Part shown: piece by piece, positions 46,660 through 59,919 of the stretch
Position numbering within the stretch: the stretch's first letter is position 1
Layout: each line of letters starts with the position of its first letter
Source: Macrostomum lignano
Taxonomy: Eukaryota
Assembly (NCBI GenBank): GCA_002269645.1
Contig: NIVC01003374.1
Coordinates: 1-64,000 of the forward strand
Length of the DNA stretch: 64,000 nt
Reading direction: 5' to 3'
The notes under the pieces: generated by a model
Seen by the model: only the letters and a program-made list of their open reading frames with translations
The model's database searches: none
Told to the model about the DNA's origin: nothing
Position numbers and translations under genes: made by a program

Positions 46660-48745
46660 AACTTTAGTTTGACGCCAAGATTGACACTAGTTCGGCGCCA
46701 AGATTGACACTAGTTTGACGCCATGATTGACACTAGTTTGACGCCATGATTGACACTAGTTTGACGCCATGATTGACACTAGTTTGACGCCATGATTGAC
46801 ACTAGTTTGACGCCATGATTGACACTAGTTTGACGCCATGATTGACACTAGTTTGACGCCATGATTGACACTAGTTTGACGCCATGATTGACACTAGTTT
46901 GACGCCATGATTGACACTAGTTTGACGCCATGATTGACACTAGGTTGAGGCCATGATTGACACTAGGTTTGAGCCATGATTGATCGTAGTTGCTTGACAC
47001 TAAATCGGCGCCCAGATTGACGCTAAATCGGCGCCATAGTTGATACTAAATCGGCGCCATAGTTGACGCTAAATCAGCGCCAAGATTAATACAAAATCCG
47101 CGCCATGGTTGTCAAAATCGGCGCCAAAATTAGCACTAAATCGGCGCCACAGTTGACACTAAATCAGCACCCAGATTGACACTAAATCGGCGCCATAGTT
47201 GACACTAATCAGCACCCAGATTGACACTAAATCGGCGCCACAGTTGACACTAATCAGCACCCAGATTGACACTAAATCGGCGCCACAGTTGACACTAATC
47301 AGCACCCAGATTGACACTAAATCGGCGCCACAGTTGACACTAATCAGCACCCAGATTGACACTAAATCGGCGCCACAGTTGACACTAATCAGCACCCAGA
47401 TTGACACTAAATCGGCGTCATGGTTGACACTAAATCAGCGTCATGGTTGACACTAAATCAGCGTCATGGTTGACACTAAATCGGCGTCATGGTTGACACT
47501 AAATCAGCGTCATGGTTGACACTAAATCAGCGTCATGGTTGACACTAAATCAGCGTCATGGTTGACACTAAATCAGCGTCATGGTTGACACTAAATCAGC
47601 GTCATGGTTGACACTAAATTGGCGTCATGGTTGACACTAAATCAGCGTCATGGTTGACACTAAATTGGCGTCATGGTTGACACTAAATCAGCGTCATGGT
47701 TGACACTAAATCAGCGTCATGGTTGACACTAAATTGGCGTCATGGTTGACACTAAATCAGCGTCATGGTTGACACTAAATCAGCGTCATGGTTGACACTA
47801 AATCAGCGTCATGGTTGACACTAAATCAGCGTCATGGTTGACACTAAATCAGCGTCATGGTTGACACTAAATTGGCGTCATGGTTGACACTAAATTGGCG
47901 TCATGGTTGACACTAAATTGGCGTCATGGTTGACACTAAATCAGCGTCATGGTTGACACTAAATTGGCGTCATGGTTGACACTAAATCAGCGTCATGGTT
48001 GACACTAAATCAGCGTCATGGTTGACACTAAATCAGCGTCATGGTTGACACTAAATCAGCGTCATGGTTGACACTAAATCAGCGTCATGGTTGACACTAA
48101 ATCAGCGTCATGGTTGACACTAAATCAGCGTCATGGTTGACACTAAATTGGCGTCATGGTTGACACTAAATCAGCGTCATGGTTGACACTAAATCAGCGT
48201 CATGGTTGACACTAAATCAGCGTCATGGTTGACACTAAATCAGCGTCATGGTTGACACTAAATCAGCGTCATGGTTGACACTAAATTGGCGTCATGGTTG
48301 ACACTAAATTGGCGTCATGGTTGACACTAAATCAGCGTCATGGTTGACACTAAATCAGCGTCATGGTTGACACTAAATTGGCGTCATGGTTGACACTAAA
48401 TCAGCGTCATGGTTGACACTAAATCAGCGTCATGGTTGACACTAAATCAGCGTCATGGTTGACACTAAATCAGCGTCATGGTTGACACTAAATTGGCGTC
48501 ATGGTTGACACTAAATTGGCGTCATGGTTGACACTAAATCAGCGTCATGGTTGACACTAAATCAGCGTCATGGTTGACACTAAATTGGCGTCATGGTTGA
48601 CACTAAATCAGCGTCATGGTTGACACTAAATCAGCGTCATGGTTGACACTAAATCAGCGTCATGGTTGACACTAAATTGGCGTCATGGTTGACACTAAAT
48701 CAGCGTCATGGTTGACACTAAATCAGCGTCATGGTTGACACTAAA
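46660..48745. repeat. 23-bp minisatellite complex (two 23-mers separated by a 45-bp dimer zone)
   Basis: gattgacactagtttgacgccat (to about 46960), 45-bp period 47160-47410, ggttgacactaaatcagcgtcat (47420-48740). Confidence 0.95.
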
Positions 48746-48996
48746 TTTGCGTCATAGGCCTGTATAGAAGAGATAATATTTCACTCGAAATATCCCAGCT
48801 AGGGGATTTGTAAAGCTGACAGCAGCCAGTATTCCGCAGAGATTTCCTGTTCCTGTTGTGGATGCAGCCTGTCAAGGGCAGTCGTAGAAGCTATGTAGGG
48901 CTGACTGTCACTGCAAGTTCATACTTCGAATATAAGGCTGCATAGACTTCCATCCGAGTTGCTTCTACTAAACTCATCTCGCCTTTCCGTTGTCGC

Positions 48997-49293
48997 TATA
49001 TAAGATCAGCGAGCGCTAAAGGCGGATCTGCAAGCCGAGGCTAACGGAAATAGCAAACGACACGTTTCCTTCTGCTTCTGCCTCGTGTTCTTCCTTAATT
49101 TACCCCCTCGCCAGGCCATTAGTTCACGCCTAGCTGCTCAGAAAAAGTAGACGACACACAGAAGAGGAGGGGAAGCGGAGACTAAGGGGAAGATCTTCTA
49201 GCAAGGCTGTCGTGTCTTAAATTACCCAAATGTTGCTGCTACTGCTGCCTTTTCTGCTTTTTTCTGCTTTTTAATAGTGCGTTGCGGGCTAAG
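48997..49293 (+). promoter_or_regulatory. Possible TATA box and non-coding first exon of arrestin
   Basis: TATATAA at 48997; donor AAG|GTATGT at 49294; candidate acceptor tttcag at 50770 upstream of the arrestin ATG. Confidence 0.3.
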
Positions 49294-49499
49294 GTATGTA
49301 ACTTTTCGCTGCACTGATTTCTGGCTTCGTTTGAATCTTAACTATATGTTTGAGCCCGTGATTATGGTTGAGCCTACAGAGAATAAAGGCCACACTGACT
49401 AGCGCGTTCATAGATCACTAAATGGCGTGTAAACTTGGACTGGAAACTTGAAATGTCATTAACTCCGGGACAGTAACTAAAACTGTCATCGCGGATCTT

Positions 49500-49730
49500 T
49501 TAATAGTAAATCTGGACTGCAAGTTCATGGACACCTAAACAAAATTGAATTGACTCGAACTAAGACTGCCGTTACTAGCAGATCTCTAAATAGTAAAATA
49601 AATCTGGACTACCAGTTCATGGACAACTAAACAGAACTGAATTTACGTGAACTATGACTGCTGTTACTAACGGATCTCTTAATTGTAAAATCTGGACTGC
49701 ATGTTCATGGACAACTAAACAGACCGTGAA
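49500..49730. repeat. About 92-bp tandem repeat, about 2.5 copies
   Basis: aaatctggact...ttcatggaca.ctaaaca recurs at about 49509, 49601 and 49690. Confidence 0.8.
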
Positions 49731-50866
49731 GTATAGATTTTAGGGACTTAGACATTTATTAGCAAAAACATAATTTCAAACTTCTTAGGAACAATCAAGC
49801 ATGCCTAATATGGAAATGCCAGTGTTTTTTCTGCTTGAATTTCTTATCGGTGGCTGCTGGCTAGATTTTTTATTGTTCGATTGCTTGTTGCCAAGCAATT
49901 TAGATCGTCAGAAGAAGATATTTACGAAATGGTTAGCCAAGCTTTACGAGCGCACTTGCAGCTATTTTTAGCAGTAAAAAATTTCAATGTTTTTGGCAGA
50001 AGCTTCTCGGTTGAAACCGTTTTCGATTGATTAGGCTTGATAGTTTTATTACTGTGCTCAGCTTTCAGATTTGAAATGGCCTGGGAGGAAATCTTAATCC
50101 GATTTAATCTGGCCGGGCCGGGCCGCCTTTTTCTTTTGAGCTTCCCTTTTTAGGCTTGCCTTTTTAGCTGAGGTTTTTTTACTGAGTTTTCCCCGTTTTG
50201 TTATTTCGAATTCATTCCCTATTTTTATTTCTTTGTCTCTCTCCGACTCTTACTCTTCTCTCTCTGAATCTCACTCTCCTATCTATGGCTCTCACTCTTT
50301 TATCTGCAATTCTTACTCTTCTCTCGATGAATCTCACTCTCCTCTCTCTGACTAACTCTCCTCTCTCTGACCCTCATTCTCCTCTCTCTGACTCTCACTC
50401 TCCTCTCCGACTCTCACTCTCCTCTCTGACTTGCTTCTATTCTTTCATTTTTATCTAACTTGTTTTAAAGTTCCGTTCCCCTCTTTCTACAAGTCTCTCC
50501 TCCCGAACTCATAATAACTTTGTTTAGTTGAATTCGCAAAAAATTGCGCCAAAAAGTTTTGGTTTTTTTTTAAGTTTGATTTGTATCCAACTGTTTGGGA
50601 TCGGGATTCAAGTGCGTCATTGCTTGAACACGACAAACACTTGCAGGGGGGAATGTTTTTGGCTACTTGAATGCTATTGAAAACTTTATTCTGAAATTTC
50701 TTTAATCTAGCCACTGCAAAGTGAAGTCCCGTAGCAACAAGAATTTCGCATATCTTATTAATCATTTCAGCTGTCATCAAATGAGAAAAACATGACATTT
50801 ACATCCGTATTGCACAACTGACAGACACTAATTACTTCCTAGATTAACCCTGACATCAAAGCATCA

Positions 50867-51544
50867 ATGGCTGACACAGCTAAAGCCGCTAACAACAACT
50901 CAAGCTCCAAGCCGACTCAAGCCAATAATAATGGTGATGTGAACCAGAGCAGCACAGACCCCAGCGCCAAGACTCAGCAGGCTCAGTCCCAGCGTCAGGG
51001 AACGCGGGTGTTTAAAAAGAGTTCTCCAAATGGCAAAATCACCGCCTACCTCGGCAAGAGAGACTTTGTGGACCATCTGACTCACGTGGACCCCATTGAC
51101 GGCGTGGTCCTGGTCGACCCCGACTACATGAAGGACCGCAAGGTGTACGCCCACGTGCTAGCCGCCTTCCGTTACGGCCGCGAAGATCTGGACGTTCTTG
51201 GTCTGACATTTCGCAAGGACTTGTACATCGCCTGCATGCAAGTTTATCCACCAATTAAGGACAATGCTAAGCCGTTGACTCGACTGCAGGAGCGCCTCAT
51301 CAAGAAGCTGGGCGATAATGCGCATCCGTTCTTCTTTGAGCTGCCTCCTCAGCAGAGTCCAGCTTCTGTCACCCTGCAGCCGGGGCCCAATGACAGCGGC
51401 AAACCTTGCGGAGTTGACTACGAGCTCAAGACCTACGTAGCTGAGACTGCCGACGGGAAGTCGCATAAACGTAGCACCGTCAGGCTGGCTATTAGGAAAC
51501 TCACCTATGCACCCGAGCAGCCGGGCCCGCAGCCCAGCGCTGAG
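50867..51544 (+). CDS. ARRB1: Beta-arrestin (kurtz-like), exon 1
   Basis: [38 protein letters not shown]...[19 protein letters not shown]; donor GAG|GTGATT at 51545. Symbol denotes the family. Confidence 0.95.
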
Positions 51545-51679
51545 GTGATTCGCTTGTTTGGGCTTCATCCATTCGGAGGGTGGCGAAAGGTTCAATAATG
51601 AAGTGTCATGGAGACTAACGGATGCATCAGTGGTGGTAGCAGTGGCATCAATGTTAACTTCGGTTATCAAAAGATCCTG

Positions 51680-52520
51680 AAGGTTTATGGAGGGTAACTG
51701 TTGACATCAAAAGATCCTGAAGCTTCAGGAAAGGTAGAGACGACATCAAAGGATTCTGAGCTTCGGGGAGATTAGGGATACTGCGACATCAAAGGATCCT
51801 GAAGCTTCAGGGATGGTAGGGCAGTACGACATCAAAGGATCCTGAAACTTCAGGGAGGGTAGGGACGACATCAAAAGATCCTGAAGCTTCAGGGGAGGTA
51901 GGAACGACATCAAAAGATCATTAAGCTTCAGGGGAGGTAGGAACGACATCAAAAGATCATTAAGCTTCAGTGGAGGTAGGAACGACATCAAAAGATCATG
52001 AAGCTTCAGAGGAGGTAGGAACGACATCAAAAGATCATTAAGCTTCAGGGAAGGTAGGGACGACATCAAAAGAGCATTAGCTTCATAGAAGGTAGGGACG
52101 ACATCAAAAGATCCTAAAGCTTCAGGGAAGGTAGGAACGACATCAAAAGATCATGAAGCTTCAGAGGAGGTAGGAACGACATCAAAAGATCATTAAGCTT
52201 CAGGGAAGGTAGGGACGACATCAAAAGATCATTAGCTTCATAGAAGGTAGGGACGACATCAAAAGATCCTAAAGCTTCAGGGAAGGTAGGAACGACATCA
52301 AAAGATCCTGAAGCTTCAGAGGAGGTAGGAACGACATCAAAAGATTATGAAGCTTCAGGGAAGGTAGAAACGACATCAAAAGCTGATGAAGCTTCAGGGA
52401 GAGTAGCGGCGATATCCAAGGATCCTGAAACTTTAGAGAGTGTGGGGTGATATCAAAGGATCTCAAAGTTTCAGGGAGGGTAGCGGTGAGATCAAAGGAT
52501 CCAGAAGATACATGGAGGGT
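51680..52520. repeat. 39-bp minisatellite in arrestin intron 1
   Basis: Unit ggtaggaacgacatcaaaagatcattaagcttcagggga, about 20 degenerate copies. Confidence 0.9.
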
Positions 52521-52567
52521 AGGAGACATCCTGACGGCTCATAAAGTGTCCCTTCCCTAACCCGCAG

Positions 52568-52996
52568 ACCACAAAGGAGTTCATCATGAGCGCTGGCTGT
52601 CTCAGACTGGAAGCCAGTCTTGACAAGGAGAAATATTACCACGGCGAATCGATCGCTATCAACGTCCTGGTTGACAACAACACCAGCAAAACTGTGAAGA
52701 AAGTTCGAATCTCAGTTCGTCAAATTGCCGATATTTGCCTATTCAGTCCGAATAGTTACAAGTGCGGAGTGGCCGAACTGGAATCTGAAGAAGGCTTCCC
52801 TATTGGGCCTTCGCAGACTGGCTGGTGCAAGGTGTACCACGTGTGCCCCCTGCTGGCTAACAATCGGGACAAGCGTGGCCTGGCTTTGGACGGTCAGCTG
52901 AAACACGAGGACACCAACTTGGCTAGCAGTACCATACTGAAGGATGCCAGCCAGTCTAAGGAGAATTTGGGCATTGTGGTCAACTATAGAGTCAAG
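52568..52996 (+). CDS. ARRB1: Beta-arrestin, exon 2
   Basis: Acceptor cccgcag at 52567; [16 protein letters not shown]...[20 protein letters not shown]; donor AAG|GTTGGT at 52997. Confidence 0.93.
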
Positions 52997-53029
52997 GTTG
53001 GTTTCGATGCTATTGTACCATTTTTGAGA

Positions 53030-55330
53030 TTGGATGCTTCAGGTGAGAATTGGATGCTTCATGTGATTATTAGATGCTTCAGGTGAGAATTGGATGCTCC
53101 AGGTGATGATTGGATGCTTCAGGTGATGATTGGATGCTTTAGGTGATGATTGGATTCTTCAGGTGATTATTGGATGCTTCAGGTGATGATTAAATGCTTC
53201 AGGTGAGAATTGGACGCTGCAGTTTATCATTTGATGCTTCAGGTGAGGATTGGATGCTTCAGGTGATGATTGGATGCTTCAGGTGATGATTGAATGCTTC
53301 AGGTGATGATTTGATGCTTCAGGTGATGATTGGATGCTTCAGGTTATCATTCGATGCTTCAGGTGAGAATTCCATGCTTCAGGTGAGAATTGGATGCTTC
53401 AGGGGATGATTGGATGTTTCAGGTGATGATTGGATGCTTCAGGTGATGATTGGATGCTTCAGGTGATGATTGGATGCTTCAGGTGATGATTTGATGCTTT
53501 AGGTGATGATTGGATGCTTCAGGTTATCATTCGATGCTTCAGGTGAGAATTCGATGCTTCAGGTGAGAATTAAGGATGCTTCAGGTGATGATTCGATGCT
53601 TCTGGTGATGATTGGATGCTTCAGGTGATTATTGGATGCTTCAGGTAATGATTGGATGCTTCAGGTGATGATTGGATTCTTCGGGTGATTATTGGATGCT
53701 TCAGGTGATTATTGGATGCTTCAGGTGATGATTGGATGCTTCAGGTGATGATTGGATGCTTCAGGGGATGATTGGATGTTTCAGGTAATGATTGGATGCT
53801 TCAGGTGATGATTGGATGCTTCATGTGATGATTGGATGCTTCAGATGATGATTGGATGCTTCAGGTAATGATTGGATGCTTTAGGTGATGATTGGATTCT
53901 TCGGGTGATTATTGGATGCTTCATGTGATTATTGGATGCTTCATGTGATTATTGGATGCTTCAGATGATGATTGGATGCTTCAGGTAATGATTGGATGCT
54001 TTAGGTGATGATTGGATTCTTCGGGTGATTATTGGATGCTTCATGTGATTATTGGATGCTTCATGTGATTATTGGATGCTTCAGGTGATGATTGGATGCT
54101 TTAGGTAATGATTGGATTCTTTGGGTGATGATTGGATGCTTCATGTGATGATTGGATGCTTCAGGTGATGATTGGATGCTTTAGGTGATGATTGGATGCT
54201 TCAGGTGATGATTGGATGCTTTAGGTGATGATTGGATGCTTCAGGTGATGATTGAATGCTTCAGGTGATGATTGAATGCTTCAGGTGATGATTTGATGCT
54301 TTAGGTGATGATTGGATGCTTCAGGTGATGATTGAATGCTTCAGGTGATGATTGAATGCTTCAGGTGATGATTTGATGCTTTAGGTGATGATTGGATGCT
54401 TCAGGTTATCATTCGATGCTTCAGGTGAGAATTCGATGCTTCAGGTGAGAATTAAGGATGCTTCAGGTGATGATTCGATGCTTCTGGTGATGATTGGATG
54501 CTTCAGGTGATTATTGGATGCTTCAGGTAATGATTGGATGCTTCAGGTGATGATTGGATTCTTCGGGTGATTATTGGATGCTTCAGGTGATTATTGGATG
54601 CTTCAGGTGATGATTGGATGCTTCATGTGATGATTGGATGCTTCAGGTGATGATTGGATGCTTCAGGTGATGATTGGATGCTTCAGGTGATGATTGGATG
54701 CTTCATGTGATGATTGGATGCTTCAGATGATGATTGGATGCTTCAGGTAATGATTGGATGCTTTAGGTGATGATTGGATTCTTCGGGTGATTATTGGATG
54801 CTTCATGTGATTATTGGATGCTTCATGTGATTATTGGATGCTTCAGATGATGATTGGATGCTTCAGGTAATGATTGGATGCTTTAGGTGATGATTGGATT
54901 CTTCGGGTGATTATTGGATGCTTCATGTGATTATTGGATGCTTCATGTGATTATTGGATGCTTCAGGTGATGATTGGATGCTTTAGGTAATGATTGGATT
55001 CTTTGGGTGATGATTGGATGCTTCATGTGATGATTGGATGCTTCAGGTGATGATTGAATGCTTCAGGTGATGATTGAATGCTTCAGGTGATGATTTGATG
55101 CTTCAGGTGATGATTGGATGCTTCAGGTGATGATTGAATGCTTCAGGTGATGATTGAATGCTTCAGGTGATGATTTGATGCTTTAGGTGATGATTGGATG
55201 CTTCAGGTTATCATTCGATGCTTCAGGTGAGAATTCGATGCTTCAGGTGAGAATTAAGGATGCTTCAGGTGATGATTGGATGCTTCAGGGGATGATTGGA
55301 TGCTTCAGGTGATTATTAAATTCCTCAGGT
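53030..55330. repeat. 20-bp minisatellite filling arrestin intron 2
   Basis: Unit tgatgattggatgcttcagg, about 115 copies, with block duplications. Confidence 0.95.
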
Positions 55331-55362
55331 GAAGAATAAGTGCTTCATTTGTCCTTAATCAG

Positions 55363-55692
55363 GTCCGCCTAGTGCTGGGTTTCGGAAGCTCTGACGTGTG
55401 CGTGGAGCTGCCCTTCGTGCTGACACACCCGAAGCCCTGTGAGGAGGACCTCTCCGAGGCCGGCGACGCCCCAGCCGCCGCCTCCGCTGGCTCGACATCA
55501 AAGGCCGCCGCTCCAGAACCTGCCGCCGCCGCCGCGGCCGCAGCCGACTCTGACATCCTGGACACCGACCTGATTCACTTGGACGCTGGCAGCGATGGGG
55601 CCCGGAGTCTGCACCTGCACCCGGACGACGATCTGATCTTCGAGGACTTCGCCAGACTGCGGCTTCAGGGCCACGGCGAGGAGGACGCTTGA
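55363..55692 (+). CDS. ARRB1: Beta-arrestin, exon 3; total 478 aa
   Basis: Acceptor cttaatcag at 55362; VELPFVLTHPKP, clathrin-box-like LIHLD, AP2 motif DDDLIFEDFARLRL. Confidence 0.93.
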   Translation, partial: VRLVLGFGSSDVCVELPFVLTHPKPCEEDLSEAGDAPAAASAGSTSKAAAPEPAAAAAAAADSDILDTDLIHLDAGSDGARSLHLHPDDDLIFEDFARLRLQGHGEEDA

Positions 55693-55989
55693 AGACGTTC
55701 GCTGTTGCCTGACCAGCTGGTTGAACTTTTTTGCGCGTCTGATTTATGCAAATATGACTAATCATATGCACTATATACTATAGCTACTACTAGCTTTCTG
55801 CAATATCAGTAGTATGTTGTGGTTAAATGCACCTCTCCATTTGTATTGAAAAGCTACTCTGACTGTCTGATTTATCAATATGAACTTTTTGTAGCCCTCT
55901 CTGTTTTGTCTGCTAATTCGGCTGGTTTGTTACATGAAGTATAGCGTCCGTCCCGCTGTTGGTGATCTGACTGGGCTGTCTCCGTTGGA

Positions 55990-56695
55990 TTTCAAAATCT
56001 CATCTAGAGATTCCTAAATCTCAACTAGAGATTCCTAAATCTCATCTCGAGATTTTTAAATTTAATCTGGAGATTCCTAAATCTCATCTTGAGATTCCTA
56101 AATCTCATCTTTGAGATTCCTAAATCTCATCTCGAGATTCTTAAATCTCATCTTGAGATTCCTAAATCTCATCTTGAGATTCCTAAATCTCATCTTGAGA
56201 TTCCTAAATCTCATCTTGAGATTCCTAAATCTCATCTTGCGATACCTAAATCTCATCTTGTGAATCCTAATTCTCATCTTGAGATTCCTAATTTTTTCTT
56301 GAGATTCCTAAAGCTCATCTCGAGATTTCTAAATCTCATCTGAAGATTCCTAAATCTCATATTAAGATTCCTAAATCTCATCTCGAGATTTCTAAATCTC
56401 ATCTGAAGATTCCTAAATCTCATATTAAGATTCCTAAATCTCATCTCGAAATTTCTAAATCTCATCTGAAGATTCCTAAATCTCATCTCGAGGTTTCTAA
56501 ATTTAATCTGAAGATTCCTAAATTTCATCTCGAAATTTCTAAATCTCATCTTGAGAATCCTAATTCTCATCTTGAGATTCCTAAATCTCATCTTGATATT
56601 CCTAATTCTCATCTCGAAATTTCTAAATCTCATCTTGAGAATCCTAATTCTCATCTTGAGATTCCTAAATCTCATCTTGAGATTCCTAAATCTTA
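55990..56695. repeat. 21-bp minisatellite downstream of arrestin
   Basis: Unit ctcatcttgagattcctaaat, about 33 copies. Confidence 0.95.
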
Positions 56696-58479
56696 ATGAC
56701 ACACATTTTCAAACCGACTTGACCCAATCTGATAAAAACTTATTCACCTTCAAATGTGATTTAATTTTAAGTTTTGTGAATAATAAACTGAAATGTAGTT
56801 ATGAAAAAAAGAGAATATTGTATTGAGCTATTTTAACAGGCTTATTTATCAGTACAGATAGTGAGAGTTGTTCAAGTTATTAACTGTTGTCAGTTGTTGC
56901 TAGCACACTTCTCTACCTTGTTTATTTGTAACATTTTTGCTATTTCCACTGCTATGTTGTTGTTGGCTTGTCAAGTTGTTTTTCATGTTTATATCAATAA
57001 TTAATAAATCAGAAAAAAAATTATCTTGCGTTTTCCCTCCTGGATTAGGAATTGGTTTTCTTCTCTCAATTGCGCAGATTCCCTCGAAAACAATAATTAA
57101 TCCATATTTTACTGCTTTAAAAGTGCAATTCTGCTTTGATCAGATGCCGTCAGCTGAAAATACATATTTATAAATACAATAATTATATAATAATTGTTCA
57201 AGCTTTGAAGATTTTTATATCGGTGTTCTTTTTTAAACCCTTTCTAGTCATTCGATTTGTGACTCTGATTTTAAGCACACTGCGCTTGAACTTTTTGCTG
57301 TCAGCTTGATTTTGCGTTTTATTTATTTATTTATTTACTTAGTTTTCTTATTTATTTACAGGAGAGCTTTGGGGATGTGAGGCGAGAGTTGATCAGCATC
57401 CAGTCTATGGCCCAAAGGGGGTTTGTGGAGCCGGACAGATTTCCCATCGGGCAAACGTGGATATGACAGACCCCTTTTGTGCCATAGACAATGAGAGGTA
57501 GGTCCTCACAGGTAGCTTGATTCTAGGATTAACAGTACCTTATCAAACAAGAATCAAGTCGCCAGCCTTCCGGACCGTCGAGATATTCGACGATTCTGCC
57601 AGAAGGTCGGATTATTTCCATAAGCGCCAGTGTATTCAGTACACCCCTGTGCGCCAATCAGCACTGCGCCTCAGTGCAGCCTTGCCAAGCCTCCAATTTT
57701 CATCAGCACATCGACCACATGTGTCTGCATCAGCCCTGACTTCGTTGGTCACTGACCTTCACCCAGACGGAGCTTCTGGACCTTCAACAGGTGGCACCAG
57801 GTGACTATGAACACCCTGATGCGAATTTCTCTAGTTTCACTGATCCAGCCTCGACACTGGGCAAGCCTCAACTCCCGGACATCTTCAACTGGTCTCACAA
57901 ACATTCAGACATTACCCCGACGCCGTCTGGCAACTTCAGCAGGTCGCACCAGGGGACTACATGTAGGAACATCCTATTGCAACTGTGTCAGATTTTTCTT
58001 TCCTGGGCGAAAAATGGGCTTGGGGTAAAATTCCTACTGTTAGATTGCTTGCGTCCAATTTATTTGTCCAGAGTTTTGCACGCAATTTAAATTGGACTCC
58101 TGACTGACTGACTGACTGGCTACCAGGATGCTGATTCAATCAAAGTTGATTTTCAATTTTTGTGTCGCGTCTTGCGCGCTTGGTAAAAGTTGGCCGAGTT
58201 TAATTCAATATTGCTGCCTGCTTTTTGGGTCACGTGACTGCTTTGAGTCTACTGAAGTGCATGAGGCTTTCTCACAAATTGCAGTCTCAGTGTGAGTGCT
58301 TGTTTTGGAGAAGTTCTGAAAATTCTTGCTAAACTAAGTACTTCTTGAACTTATAAACGCTCGTACATGCATTGTGTATATTTTTTTAATGCAGTAAAGC
58401 ATCAAAATTTGAATTTCACTTTTAAGTTACTTTCTACGTCACTCTCAATCCCATTCATTTTCACCCTTTTAGTCACTTT

Positions 58480-59130
58480 TTGAGTCGCTCTCGCTCCTTT
58501 TCAGTGTCACTCTCTTTCACCTCACTTTCTCTTTCACTCACTCTCAATCATAACTCAGTATCTTTAAGTGCCACTCAGTCATTTTCAGTGTCTCTCTCAA
58601 TCACTTTTAGCGTCACGTGTCACTCTCACTTTCAGTCACTCTCTCACTCACTTTTAGCGTCACGTGTCACTCTCACTTTCTATGTCTGTCTTCCACTCCC
58701 TTTCACTGTCACTCTTCACTCACTTTCAGTGTCACTCTTTCACTCACTTTCAGTGTCACTCTCTCACTTACTTTGAGTGTCACTCTCTCACTCACTTTGA
58801 GTGTCACTCTCTCACTCACTTTCAGTGTCACTCTCTCACTCACTTGAAGTGTCACTCTCTCACTTTGAGTGTCACTCTCTCACTCACTTTGAGTGTCACT
58901 CTCTCACTCACTTTCAGTGTCACTCTCTCACTCACTTGAAGTGTCACTCTCTCACTCACTTGAAGTGTCACTCTCTCACTTTGAGTGTCACTCTCTCACT
59001 CACTTGAAGTGTCACTCTCTCACTCACTTGAAGTGTCACTCTCTCACTTTGAGTGTCACTCTCTCACTCACTTGAAGTGTCACTCTCTCACTTTGAGTGT
59101 CACTCTCTCACTCACTTTCAGTGTCACTCA
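58480..59130. repeat. CACT/CT-rich 20-24-bp minisatellite
   Basis: gtgtcactctctcactcactt(gaa/tga/tca) repeats. Confidence 0.9.
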
Positions 59131-59919
59131 TTCTCAGCCGAGTTTTGACTTCCAGTTCTCTTCTATCAACCGCATGCCGAGCTCGGGGAAAAATTGGTTA
59201 GAAATTTTTTACCAGGCACAAGTAGCCAGTCATTTACTGTTTGACCAAAAAATTTTTTCTGGAGCGGAGCTGATCGCGCCTGCACGGCTCCCCACCGCCC
59301 CTGCTCCAATTTAGCGGCTATGCAAATTGGACGCACAGCAATTTTCGCGTGTGTCCACGCGATGCTCTGTGCCTTTCCGTTGCATCAGATGAAGAAGGAG
59401 GCTGGCTTACAGAGAGGAGCAATGCCTATGGTTATAGACAAGTGCCGTTCTCAGAATCCACACCATGCTGAGCGGCCGGTGCAACTCCCCCTACACCGTA
59501 GACTCAACTCATTCCGCGGCCATTGTCGAATCGATTGCGGCTTGGGCCGGACAGATACTGAACTCTCTCCAGACGATGAACTGATAACGGACAGCGGCCG
59601 CGTGGAGAGGCCGGCCTGCTGAGCCAAAAAATCGAAGTTTCCTCTCGGCTCTCTCGTCTATATAATTTTCCAATAACTTGACTGGCTCTGAATATCTTTT
59701 CCCTACTTTTGGTCTATGAAGTGATGTTGGGCAAATGAGAGGAGGCTGGGATAACTTTTTTCCGAGTCAAGTAATAATTATATAGTGCCAGGAAAAGTTC
59801 AGGCTACACTTATTTTGGTCAAAAATTGCTTTGCATCATTTCTACATGTTACCACTGGTCGTGCAGTGGGGTGTAGACAGGAACTTTCATTAGAGAGCCG
59901 TCTACATGTATTTGGGGGC

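Noticed and set aside
46660-48745. CRISPR-like appearance of 20-39-bp repeats
   Set aside because: Units are contiguous with no unique spacers, there are no cas genes, and the context is eukaryotic.
57385-57401. 16-nt identity (gagttgatcagcatcc) with the NAV exon at about 40085
   Set aside because: About one such match is expected by chance in a 64-kb window.
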